Source of the DNA: Anaerolineae bacterium
GTDB taxonomy: Bacteria; Chloroflexota; Anaerolineae; JADYZS01
Reading direction: 5' to 3'
Assembly: GCA_034434975.1 (NCBI GenBank)
Contig: DAOTYP010000156.1
Span: 1-47,285, forward strand
DNA length: 47,285 nucleotides
In this document: one piece after another, positions 1 through 8,136 of the stretch
How positions within the stretch are numbered: the first letter of the stretch is position 1
Layout of the letters: each line of letters opens with the position of its first letter
The notes under the pieces: generated by a model
Databases searched by the model: none
Told to the model about the DNA's origin: nothing
What the model saw: only the letters and a program-made list of their open reading frames with translations
Translations under genes and position numbers: made by a program

Positions 1-152
1 ATGCGTTCGTTGTGCATCACCCATTCGCCTCGGCCCAGGAGAGCATACAGCCCCCAGTGCACCGAGAGTCCCAGGCGCATCTCCCGGAAGCGCTGCACGC
101 CCGCGCGCGTGGCTTGTAGCCGTGCCTGGCTGGTATCTTCAATCGGCAGCAT
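1..152 (-). CDS. alpha-L-fucosidase (GH29-like), 5' fragment; the gene continues beyond the left edge
   Basis: This open frame is absent from the ORF track because it has no stop inside the window. Minus-strand ATG at 152-150, with AAGGAG (plus-strand CTCCTT, 161-166) 8 nt upstream. The translation MLPIEDTSQARLQATRAGVQRFREMRLGLSVHWGLYALLGRGEWVMHNERI carries the GH29 N-terminal 'G-h-h-HWG-h-Y ... EW' signature. Confidence 0.5.
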   Translation of the reverse strand, partial: MLPIEDTSQARLQATRAGVQRFREMRLGLSVHWGLYALLGRGEWVMHNER

Positions 153-188
153 AAGGGTTGCTCCTTTCGGGAAGGGAAACGAGGAGGG

Positions 189-1205
189 CTATGACTCCAG
201 CACCCGCTTCCAGGTCTCAAAGACCTTGTACACGTTCTCCGGCTTGGCGCCCGCGCCGAACTCGCACTGGGCGATGCACCCCCCGTTGGCCCACAGGGCT
301 TCCTTAACCTGCCTCACCGCGTCCTCTATCTCCTGCGGCGTCCCGCGAGGGAGGAGGTGCTGGCGATCAATTTCCCCCCAGAAGGTGATCTTGCCTCGGA
401 AGGGTTTCAACTTCTCCACGCCCATGCAGAAGATCTGCGAGTTCAGTGCATCCAGCCCCAGGTCAATCAGGTCGGGGATGATCTCCAGGATGTAGCCGTC
501 GGAGTGCATGAAGATCTTCTTCCCGTGGCGGTGCGCGATCTCAATGTAGTCCCGATACAACGGCTTGAAGACCTCCCGCCATAACTGCGGGTTGATCAGC
601 AGCCGCCGTTGCCCACCCCAATCGTCCGCGAAGTGCAGGCCGTCCACCTCCGTCTCCGCCCAGACGGTCAGAAGGCGGCAATTGAAATCATGCACCTTCT
701 CCAAGACCTCAAACATCCCCTTAGAGCGGGCCGCCAGGTCCAGGTACAGCCGTTCCGTAGTGCGGATGAACTGCATGCGCTCAAAAGGGTTCACCCCGAT
801 AGGAGGTAGGACGAACCGATCGGTGTGGCGGCAGAACTCGTTGACCTTCTCCTTGTCCACCGTGAGGTGTCCTTCGGGGAGCCGCAGGGCATCCTTGTCT
901 TCCCAATCGTCGCCTTTGATGAGGGGCTCTTTGACCTCGCCGATGACGCCCCGATGGATGTTGATGAACCTGCAGCCCCAATCGTCCACGAACTCGCCGA
1001 CCTCGTATTGATCGCCCTGGGTTTGAGGCGGCGCCTTCTCAAAGGCAGGGGAATAGGCGATGTCGTCGGGGAAGTCCCGGCGGATTTTCGCCAACTGCTC
1101 AGGGTAGTTGAACTCGGCCCATTTCAGGGTCCATAGTTGCCTGGGCACGCGAGCAGGATTGGCGAAGTGCAGGCTCTGGTAAACGAGTTCTCTGGGGGTG
1201 GACAT
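189..1205 (-). CDS. uroporphyrinogen decarboxylase (URO-D) family protein (MtaA/CmuA-like fold)
   Basis: 338-aa ORF. Its length and motifs (FMHSDGYI, DALNSQ, FWGEIDRQHLLPRGTPQEI) fit the URO-D superfamily. Co-directional with the fucosidase fragment, 36 nt downstream gap. Confidence 0.65.
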   Translation of the reverse strand: MSTPRELVYQSLHFANPARVPRQLWTLKWAEFNYPEQLAKIRRDFPDDIAYSPAFEKAPPQTQGDQYEVGEFVDDWGCRFINIHRGVIGEVKEPLIKGDDWEDKDALRLPEGHLTVDKEKVNEFCRHTDRFVLPPIGVNPFERMQFIRTTERLYLDLAARSKGMFEVLEKVHDFNCRLLTVWAETEVDGLHFADDWGGQRRLLINPQLWREVFKPLYRDYIEIAHRHGKKIFMHSDGYILEIIPDLIDLGLDALNSQIFCMGVEKLKPFRGKITFWGEIDRQHLLPRGTPQEIEDAVRQVKEALWANGGCIAQCEFGAGAKPENVYKVFETWKRVLES

Positions 1206-1393
1206 GTCTGTTTCCTCGCTTTGGCCTTTGTGATTCGTTCGCTATTATAGCACCGAGCCAGGGCTTGCCCAAGGCGCCAGCGCCGTTTGACAGGCCCTTC
1301 CTCCTGTGCTACAATCCGCGCGCTTCTTCCCTGCGGTGTGCCTCTCGGCGCCCTTGCTCGCCCTGCCACGCGGCCACGTCCAGGAGGGATGGT

Positions 1394-4222
1394 ATGATCC
1401 GTCGCGCCCTGGCCTTGTTGGGCGTCCTCGCCCTGTTTCTTTTCTCTGCTCCTCGCGTCGGGCCGCGAGCCTCCGCCCCTGCGACGGCAACCCGCTACGA
1501 TGTCCTTCTCCTCCTGCGCGTCGCGCCCTTTGTCGAGGGGGCAGGCGCTCTCTCTGCTGCCGACGCCGAGGAGCGAGCGCGAGACATCTTTCGCGCCCTT
1601 CGCCCCCGCCTGCGCGAGTGGCAGGCCACCGGCGAGTTGGAGGACTTTTCCTGGCTGAACGATGCGCACGCCGTCCGCGTGCGCGGCGCGTCGGCGGCGG
1701 CGCTGGAGGCGTTAGCGGGCTTGGACGGCGTGCTGGCCGTGCGCCCGGCGACGGCCCAGGCCGTTTCCTGCGCGCGGCGCGCCGTCGCGAGCCTGGCCGC
1801 ACGGCAGGGAGGGCGAGAGGCGGGCCTCGCCGCGCCCGAGGCGACGAACCCCACCGTTTACGTAGACCTGCGCTACGGCGTTATCGCGGGCGTCACGGAC
1901 CCGCACGCGCCGATCACCGTCACGATCAGGAGCGCGAGGGGCACGACGAAGGGGATCGTTCACGCCACGAGCGCCGACGATGGCTCATACAGCACTTGGG
2001 CCTCGCTGGCCTGCGTGGCATTGGTGCCGGGCGATACGGTGGAGGTGCGGGCAGGGGCGGCGCGCGTGGCCTCTACCACGGTCGTGGGGATCACGGGCGA
2101 GGTCAATCCGGTGACCGATGTCGTCTCGGGCAGCACGGCCGCGTCTCGCTCCGTAGAGGTACGGGTCTATCAGGAGCAAGGCTCTTGCAGCCCCACCCTG
2201 TTCACCCGCGCCGTGACCTCCGGCGCCGCCGGCGCCTATAGCGCCAACTTCTCCGGCCTGGTGGACATCAAACGGTACGCCCGCGCGCAGATTTGGGTGT
2301 ACGACGGCAATCGCAACGCCACCTTCTTCACCGTCTCCGCGCCCCACATCGCCGTCTCCGCCTTCGGGAGCGTGGAGATCACCATGCGCCCCAATCGTCT
2401 CATCACTGGCACGCTCCGTTCGGGCAGCACCGTGCTGGATGCCGAGACGACCACGACAGATGGCGCGGGCGACGGCCATTTCAACTTCTCCCCCGAGCCA
2501 GCGCCGGGGAACACGATCCACATCACCGACGGGAGCATGGCCATCGTGTACCAGGTGGTGCCGCTGACCCTCACCGGCGTGAACCTGGGCGCCAACCAGT
2601 TCAGCCTGCAGACGGCGGCCAACCGCCTCGTGAAAGTCTCCACGCGCACCTTGGCCTCCCGCTTTTGCACCGTTGATGCCGACTGCCGCGTGCTCACCAG
2701 CGACGGCGCGGGCAACGTCAACGTCGCCTTGGGGAGCGACCTGGACCTGGGGCGGGGCGATCAGGTTGAGGCGGTGGTTTACGACAGCGAAGGGAACTGG
2801 CAAGAAAACGAGCGGCATACCGGCTACGTGGAAGTGTCTCGGCAGAGGAAGTCCGTCTCCGGCTTTTGGGAGCAGACGCAGGCAAACCTACAGGTTCTCC
2901 TGCGGGGCTCCGGTGGGGCGGTCAAGGCCAGCAGGTCCATCGTCGTCAACGAGGACGACGGCTCCTTCTTCACCACCTTCGGCGGCGATGTCGCCGTCGG
3001 TGATCAATTTGAGGTGGGCAACGGCGTCCTCACCTACACCGTGCCGGTCGTCAACCTGACGGTTTTCGTGAACGAGACGACCGATTTCGTCTCCGGTCAG
3101 GCCCCGGCCAACGGCCCGCTGGTCGTTCAAGGTAGCAGCACAGGTTGCTGGCAAGGGAACGCGGCGGGCACGACCTACAACGCCAGGCTCAAGACCGCCG
3201 CCGGCGCGGATGTGGACCTGAAGGCCGGCGATAGCGCCAGCGCCTATTACACCGACGCCAACGGTCATCAAAACGTGGCGAGCGCCCATGCCCCCTGGAT
3301 CAACGCGGCCATCGGCACGGGGAACGTGAACGGCTACATCCGGGAGGCCGGCACGCCCCTGACCGTTACGTTGCGCAGCCAGGGGGGAAGCGTCAAGGCG
3401 ACGCAGGCGACGACCTCCTCCGCGTCCGATTTCTACAGCGTCGCCTTCAGCGATGCCACCATCGCGGTGAGCGATAGGATTGAAGTGCAGCCGCGCGGGG
3501 GTGCCCCCTTCAGCCTGACGGTCCCTCACCTGACCGTGCTCCTGGACCCGCCCGGCAACCGTGTGTACGGCCAGGCCCTGCCCAATACCGCTGTCTCGGT
3601 GTCCCTGTATCAGGCCTTCAGCCTTCTGGGCATCCAGAACGCGACCAGCGATCAGGCGGGGAATTATTCGGCTTCTTTCGCCGGCCAGTTCACATTTGAC
3701 TGTCAGCCGGTCCGGATGGGGGAGTGCAGCGAGGCCGAGGTCAGCCTTCGCACGCCGGAGGGGCACCGGGTCAGCCGCCGATCCGCGCCGCCGCCTGACG
3801 TCTCCCCTGACGCCTACGAGCAGGACGACACCCCAGCGGCGGCCAAGCCCTACGCCGGCCTGCAACACCACACCTTTGACACCGAGAACTTTTTCGCAGG
3901 GGACGAGGATTGGGTGAAATTCACGGTCGCCGCGGCCGACGTGGGCAAGTTATACATCGTGGAGACGTTGAACAACGGCCCTCAGGGCGATACGATCCTG
4001 ACCCTCTACGACACCGACGGCGCCCGCGCGTTGGCGACGGCAGGCGACTACGGAGAGCCCCTCGCGGCGCAGATCCGCTGGCGCTTCGGCAGGGCTGGAA
4101 CCTACTACGTACAGGTGAGGCCGGGAGTGCTCCTCAGCCCTGGAGGAAGTTGTGGCGCCACCTACGATCTCTTCATCAGCGATCGGCACCTCTTCCTGCC
4201 CCTTACCCTTAAGGATGGATAG
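1394..4222 (+). CDS. large secreted repeat protein: signal peptide, I9-propeptide-like N-domain, tandem beta-sandwich repeats, C-terminal PPC (pre-peptidase C-terminal)-like domain
   Basis: The track ORF starts at 1265. I prefer the ATG at 1394 (AGGAGGGA at 1383-1390), which gives MIRRALALLGVLALFLFSAPRVGPRASA, a signal peptide. Recurring about 85-95-aa units appear, for example ITVTIRSARGTTKG...GDTVEV and LTVTLRSQGGSVKA...SDRIEV. The C-terminus DEDWVKFTV...GKLYIVET...GDTILTLYDTDG...GTYYVQVRP looks PPC-like. Confidence 0.7.
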   Translation: MIRRALALLGVLALFLFSAPRVGPRASAPATATRYDVLLLLRVAPFVEGAGALSAADAEERARDIFRALRPRLREWQATGELEDFSWLNDAHAVRVRGASAAALEALAGLDGVLAVRPATAQAVSCARRAVASLAARQGGREAGLAAPEATNPTVYVDLRYGVIAGVTDPHAPITVTIRSARGTTKGIVHATSADDGSYSTWASLACVALVPGDTVEVRAGAARVASTTVVGITGEVNPVTDVVSGSTAASRSVEVRVYQEQGSCSPTLFTRAVTSGAAGAYSANFSGLVDIKRYARAQIWVYDGNRNATFFTVSAPHIAVSAFGSVEITMRPNRLITGTLRSGSTVLDAETTTTDGAGDGHFNFSPEPAPGNTIHITDGSMAIVYQVVPLTLTGVNLGANQFSLQTAANRLVKVSTRTLASRFCTVDADCRVLTSDGAGNVNVALGSDLDLGRGDQVEAVVYDSEGNWQENERHTGYVEVSRQRKSVSGFWEQTQANLQVLLRGSGGAVKASRSIVVNEDDGSFFTTFGGDVAVGDQFEVGNGVLTYTVPVVNLTVFVNETTDFVSGQAPANGPLVVQGSSTGCWQGNAAGTTYNARLKTAAGADVDLKAGDSASAYYTDANGHQNVASAHAPWINAAIGTGNVNGYIREAGTPLTVTLRSQGGSVKATQATTSSASDFYSVAFSDATIAVSDRIEVQPRGGAPFSLTVPHLTVLLDPPGNRVYGQALPNTAVSVSLYQAFSLLGIQNATSDQAGNYSASFAGQFTFDCQPVRMGECSEAEVSLRTPEGHRVSRRSAPPPDVSPDAYEQDDTPAAAKPYAGLQHHTFDTENFFAGDEDWVKFTVAAADVGKLYIVETLNNGPQGDTILTLYDTDGARALATAGDYGEPLAAQIRWRFGRAGTYYVQVRPGVLLSPGGSCGATYDLFISDRHLFLPLTLKDG

Positions 4223-4230
4223 GATCAACC

Positions 4231-5391
4231 ATGCGCATCGGCCTCGTCATTGACGCCAACATGGCAGTGCCCGGAGGCGTGCAGGAGTACGTGCGCGGCC
4301 TCTACGATTACCTGGAGGCTGTAGGCCACGAGCCTGCCGTGATCAGCGCGCCCGCCCGGCCGTCGCCGGAGGATGCCTCGCGACGGTTCCTGACGCTGGG
4401 CCGGCGGCTGGACCTTCCCAGCCTGAAGGGGCAATCGGCCCCTGGCTCCATCACGTGGGCCTCTCGCCGCGCCTTGCGGGCCTTTTTGCAACGGGGGCGC
4501 TTTGACGTTCTCCACTTCATGGCCCCCATGGGCCTCTTGGCCATGCAGATCCTAGCCGAGTCGGACGCGACGAACGTGGCAACGTTTCTGGTGGCCAAGG
4601 ACCGCTTCGGCCTCTGGGGCCTCGTCGCGCCCGTTTTTCGCGCGCTGGAGCGGGGTCGTTTGAACGCCCGTCTGCACGGTCGCATCGCCCTCTCGCCGCC
4701 CGCGCAGCGGTACGGCTCCCTCTGGTTCCCCGGCTCCTACACCATCATCCCTGCAGGCATCAACCAGGCGCGCTTTGCGCCGGCCCCAGGCGCGAAGCGC
4801 CTCTACGATGACGGCAAGGTCAACATCCTCTTCGTGGGACGCCTGGATCGGCGCAAAGGCGTGCCGCACCTGTTGGAGGCTTTCGCGGCCCTGCGGGCGG
4901 AGCGGGCCGACGTGCGCCTCATCGTGGTCGGCGACGGGCCCGAGGCCCAGGCGGCGCGCGCGTTCGTGGCCGAGCGGGGCCTGCCGGATGTGACCTTCAC
5001 GGGCGCGGTGGCGGGGGCGGAACTGCCGGCTTACTATCGCGCCGCGCACATCTTTTGTTCGCCCGCCTATGAGAACGAGTCCTTCGGGGTCGTGCTTCTA
5101 GAGGCGATGGCCGCGGGCCTGCCGATCGCCGGCTACGCCAACGCGGGGTACCTCACTGTCCTCACCGATGAGGCGCGGGAGGCCCTCGCGCCGCCGGGCG
5201 ACGTGGAGGCCCTGACGCGCGTCCTCGCGCGCCTGGTGGCCGACGGCGAGTGGCGTCGGCGGTTGAGTGAATGGGGGTTGCGTCAGGTGCGGGGCTACAC
5301 ATGGGAGGGCGTTGGCGCGCGCATCGTCGCCTTCTATCAGGAGGCGATGCGCGCCAAAGGCGCCGTCGCGCCCGAAGCGGAGGGGAGGTGA
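4231..5391 (+). CDS. glycosyltransferase family 4 (PimA-like mannosyltransferase fold)
   Basis: 386-aa ORF. GT4 hallmarks: N-terminal PGGVQEYV, GRLDRRKG, and the C-terminal E-x7-E region FCSPAYENESFGVVLLEAMAAG. Lies 8 nt after the preceding stop. Confidence 0.85.
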   Translation: MRIGLVIDANMAVPGGVQEYVRGLYDYLEAVGHEPAVISAPARPSPEDASRRFLTLGRRLDLPSLKGQSAPGSITWASRRALRAFLQRGRFDVLHFMAPMGLLAMQILAESDATNVATFLVAKDRFGLWGLVAPVFRALERGRLNARLHGRIALSPPAQRYGSLWFPGSYTIIPAGINQARFAPAPGAKRLYDDGKVNILFVGRLDRRKGVPHLLEAFAALRAERADVRLIVVGDGPEAQAARAFVAERGLPDVTFTGAVAGAELPAYYRAAHIFCSPAYENESFGVVLLEAMAAGLPIAGYANAGYLTVLTDEAREALAPPGDVEALTRVLARLVADGEWRRRLSEWGLRQVRGYTWEGVGARIVAFYQEAMRAKGAVAPEAEGR

Positions 5392-6368
5392 GGCGATTGA
5401 GGTCGTTTCGCGGGTTCGTTCTCCTCGCCTGGTTGGCCGTGCTGTGGCCGACGCGGGGCCAAGGGCCGGCGGCGGCGTTTGACTGCGCGACGGTGGATCA
5501 GATCCCGCCGGCCGAATGCCGGGCTTTGGTCGCGTTGTATCAGAGCACCGATGGTCCGCATTGGCTCATCAGCCGCTCCTGGTTGGCGACCGCCACGCCC
5601 TGCACCTGGTATGGGGTGCGGTGCGACGGTGGGCACGTGACCGCGCTCATCCTGGTCTCCAACCGGCTGCAGGGGGAGTTGCCGCCGGAACTGGGCGACC
5701 TGACCAGGTTGAGGTGGCTTGAGTTGCAGGGCAACCTGTTGAGCGGCAGCATTCCACCGACCCTGGGCAACCTCACCAGCCTATGGATGCTCTCCCTATA
5801 CGACAACCAACTGAGCGGAGACATCCCGGCCTCGCTAGGCGGCTTGGCCGAACTGCGTTACCTCTACCTGCACGGCAATCGTCTGAGCGGGCCGATCCCG
5901 TCGGCGCTGGGCAACCTTGCCCAGTTGCAGACCCTCTACCTGCAAGAGAACCAACTGGAGGGGAGCGTTCCGGCCGCCTTGGGCAACCTGGCCAGCCTGG
6001 AGTACCTCTGCCTGATGGATAATCGGCTGCGCGGCGAGATCCCGCCCGAGGTGGGGAATCTCACTGGCCTGAGGGAACTCATCCTGAGCAAGAACCAACT
6101 GAGCGGCGAGATCCCGTCGACCCTGGGCAGCCTTAACCGCCTGGAGCGGCTTTACCTGAGCGACAACCCGTTGGCCGGCGCGCTGCCGCTGAGCCTGACG
6201 AACCTGGCCTACCTGGCGCATTTCCGGTACGACGGCACCGGCCTGTGCGAGCCGGTGCACTGGGGCTTTTGGCAATGGCTGGCGGGCGTCGACGAGCGGC
6301 GGGGAACGGGCATCCCCTGCCGTCGGCCCTTCGCCTACTTGCCGGTGGCGGCCTTTACACCGCCATAG
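5388..6368 (+). CDS. secreted leucine-rich repeat protein, plant-specific-type 24-residue LRRs with LRRNT_2-like cap
   Basis: I prefer the GTG at 5388, which overlaps the GT4 stop as GTGA and follows GGAGGGGAGG; a TTG at 5397 is the alternative. It gives a hydrophobic signal-like N-terminus (FVLLAWLAVLWPTRGQG). The cap is CTWYGVRCD. Eight repeats match LxxLxLxxNxLSGxIPxxLGxLxx. Confidence 0.85.
   Translation: MRRLRSFRGFVLLAWLAVLWPTRGQGPAAAFDCATVDQIPPAECRALVALYQSTDGPHWLISRSWLATATPCTWYGVRCDGGHVTALILVSNRLQGELPPELGDLTRLRWLELQGNLLSGSIPPTLGNLTSLWMLSLYDNQLSGDIPASLGGLAELRYLYLHGNRLSGPIPSALGNLAQLQTLYLQENQLEGSVPAALGNLASLEYLCLMDNRLRGEIPPEVGNLTGLRELILSKNQLSGEIPSTLGSLNRLERLYLSDNPLAGALPLSLTNLAYLAHFRYDGTGLCEPVHWGFWQWLAGVDERRGTGIPCRRPFAYLPVAAFTPP
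5637..6212 (+). repeat. eight tandem 72-nt coding repeats (LRR units) inside the LRR gene
   Basis: In-frame 24-codon periodicity from VTALILVSNRLQGELPPELGDLTR to LERLYLSDNPLAGALPLSLTNLAY. Confidence 0.8.
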
Positions 6369-6382
6369 AGAGAGGTAGCCGG

Positions 6383-7126
6383 ATGTTCACCGATGTCGTC
6401 TCTGCCTCCCAATCCCTCTGGTTGAGTCTCCTCCTCGTCCTGTGGGCCGCGCTTCTTTTCGGCGGCTTCCTCTTCGGCCGGTTCCAGGCCGAGGGAAACC
6501 GACGGATGCCCATCTGGACGCGCATCGCCTCATCGCTGGCTTTGACGGCGGCAGGTTGGACGTGGTGGTGGGTCGCCCGCGCGGGTGCGGGCGGCACCTA
6601 TGCCAGGTGGATTGCCGTCGGGATGACCTTGGGCCTCCTGGGCGACCTCTTCATGGCCCGTCTCTTGCCGGTGGGCCAGCCGGTGCTGGGCGGCATCGCC
6701 GCCTTCGGCCTGGGCCACGTCGCCTACATCGCCGCCTTCCTGGGCCTGGGCGCTCAGGCCGGGTTGAGCGCGGCGGGGCCGCGCTGGGGCGGCTGGGCAG
6801 CCTGGCTCCTGGTCGGCCTGAGCGGTTGGTACGTGGCGGTCTATCGCGGCCAGCGGCCTACGGCCCTGCATTGGGCCGCTTTGCTGTACGCCCTTCTCCT
6901 GGCGAGCACCGCCGGTTTCGCGACCGGCCTGGCCTGGCAGGCCTCGGTGTTTGTGCCTTTGGCGATAGGCGGCGGGCTTTTTCTCCTCAGCGACCTGATC
7001 CTGGCCGGGCAACTCTTCAGCGGCCTCCGCTTTCCCTTGATCGGCGATGTGGTCTGGCTGACCTACGGCCCGGCCCAGGCGCTGATCGTCTTCTCGGTGG
7101 CCGGCGCGTTGCGGGTGCTACCTTGA
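6383..7126 (+). CDS. YhhN/TMEM86 (lysoplasmalogenase) family membrane protein
   Basis: ATG at 6383, downstream of the track start at 6245, begins a hydrophobic protein. YhhN-type motifs: LGLLGDLFMA, AAFGLGHVAYIAAF, GGGLFLLSDLILA. Polytopic. Confidence 0.7.
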   Translation: MFTDVVSASQSLWLSLLLVLWAALLFGGFLFGRFQAEGNRRMPIWTRIASSLALTAAGWTWWWVARAGAGGTYARWIAVGMTLGLLGDLFMARLLPVGQPVLGGIAAFGLGHVAYIAAFLGLGAQAGLSAAGPRWGGWAAWLLVGLSGWYVAVYRGQRPTALHWAALLYALLLASTAGFATGLAWQASVFVPLAIGGGLFLLSDLILAGQLFSGLRFPLIGDVVWLTYGPAQALIVFSVAGALRVLP

Positions 7127-7127
7127 T

Positions 7128-7242
7128 GGCGCCGTGAGAGTGTTGAATAACCCTTCGCATCCCACGACCTGTAGTGGTTTTGAGGCCGAGATTAACCAAC
7201 TTGTTGGGGATTCGCGGGACTTTTTCAACACTCTCTGGCGCC
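7128..7242. repeat. long imperfect inverted repeat (arms GGCGCC-GT-GAGAGTGTTGAA and TTCAACACTCTC-T-GGCGCC) enclosing about 76 nt
   Basis: The arms at 7128-7147 and 7224-7242 are complementary over 18 positions with a small bulge. The element starts 1 nt after the YhhN stop and ends just before the infC promoter. Confidence 0.6.
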
Positions 7243-7249
7243 GTTGGAT

Positions 7250-7278
7250 TTGACTTCCCGTCGCAGTTATGTTATAAA
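7250..7278 (+). promoter_or_regulatory. sigma-70-type promoter of the infC-rpmI-rplT operon
   Basis: TTGACT (7250-7255), 17-nt spacer, TATAAA (7273-7278). It is an AT-rich island in GC-rich DNA. An 8-bp inverted repeat, CCGTCGCA (7258-7265) and TGCGACGG (7290-7297), brackets the -10 element. Confidence 0.6.
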
Positions 7279-7297
7279 TGGACGTACATTGCGACGG

Positions 7298-7328
7298 CCC
7301 CACGTCGCCTTTTGACGCGGGGCTTTTG
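7298..7328 (+). promoter_or_regulatory. terminator-like hairpin in the infC leader (possible attenuator)
   Basis: CCCCACGTC (7298-7306), loop GCCTTTT, GACGCGGGG (7314-7322) with one A-C mismatch, followed by CTTTTG. Lies between the promoter and the infC RBS. Confidence 0.4.
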
Positions 7329-7366
7329 AATGGAGACGCTACACGACAACCGAAAGGTAGGACAGC

Positions 7367-7885
7367 ATCAGCAAACAAACCCTGCGCGTCAATGAAGCCA
7401 TCCGTGCCCGGGAAGTGCGCGTGATTGACGAGACCGGGCAGCAACTCGGCGTTCTGAGCGTGCGTGAGGCGCTGGAGGTCGCCCGCGCCCGAGGCCTTGA
7501 CCTGGTTGAGGTGGCGCCCAATGCCGAGCCTCCGGTCTGCCGCATCCTCGACTTCGGCAAGTTCATGTACGAGCGAGCCAAGAAGGAAAAGGAAGCGCGG
7601 CGGGCGCAGAAGCAAATTGAGGTCAAGGAAGTGCGCATGCGCCCGAAAACGGGCGAGCACGACATTGAGTACAAGGTGCGGGATGCCCGGCGCTTTTTGA
7701 CGGCGGGTAACAAGGTCAAGGTGCGGGTCCGCTTTCGCGGGCGCGAGATCACCCATCCGGAGGTCGCGCGGGACCTGCTGGAGCGGGTGGCTGCGTTGCT
7801 GGCCGATGTGAGCGTGGTGGAACAGCGGCCCGCGCCGGAGGGTAACAGCCTTTTGATGGTGCTGGCCCCTGCGCAGAAGTCGTAG
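7367..7885 (+). CDS. infC: translation initiation factor IF-3, predicted ATC (AUC) start
   Basis: The track ORF starts at GTG 7415. However, the frame is open from 7361, and the upstream codons encode ISKQTLRVNEAIRAREV, which matches the conserved IF3 N-terminal segment (E. coli RINGEIRAQEVRL). The only plausible initiators upstream are ATC at 7367 and CTG at 7382. AAAGGTAGGA at 7353-7362 serves as the RBS. Confidence 0.85.
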   Translation: MSKQTLRVNEAIRAREVRVIDETGQQLGVLSVREALEVARARGLDLVEVAPNAEPPVCRILDFGKFMYERAKKEKEARRAQKQIEVKEVRMRPKTGEHDIEYKVRDARRFLTAGNKVKVRVRFRGREITHPEVARDLLERVAALLADVSVVEQRPAPEGNSLLMVLAPAQKS

Positions 7886-7917
7886 CAGCCAGAGCATCTT
7901 GTCAGGGATGAACGGTT

Positions 7918-8127
7918 ATGCCGAAGATCAAAACCCACAAGGCCACATCCAAGCGGTTCGCCTACACCGGCACGGGCAAGTTGTTGCGCACGAAGATCGG
8001 CAAGAGCCACCTGCGCCGGCGCAAGTCCGCGCGCGTCAAGAGCATGTTCGCGGAGATGCACGTCGTGGTCAGCAAGGGCGCGAGGCGACGCGTGGCGACG
8101 TTGGCCCCCTACCTGAAGAAAGACTAA
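7918..8127 (+). CDS. rpmI: 50S ribosomal protein L35 (bL35)
   Basis: MPKIKTHKATSKRF...GKSHLRRRKS is the canonical L35 sequence. Conserved infC-rpmI-rplT order. Confidence 0.97.
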   Translation: MPKIKTHKATSKRFAYTGTGKLLRTKIGKSHLRRRKSARVKSMFAEMHVVVSKGARRRVATLAPYLKKD

Positions 8128-8136
8128 CACGGCCTG

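Noticed and set aside
1265-1393. N-terminal extension of the large secreted protein (track start 1265)
   Set aside because: The extension precedes an SD (AGGAGGGA) and an ATG that begins a classical signal peptide. The extension itself is Cys/Arg/Pro-rich and would bury the signal peptide.
5271-5387. N-terminal extension of the LRR protein overlapping the end of the GT4 gene
   Set aside because: It is an Arg-rich out-of-frame overlap. GTG 5388 has an SD and yields a signal-peptide-like N-terminus.
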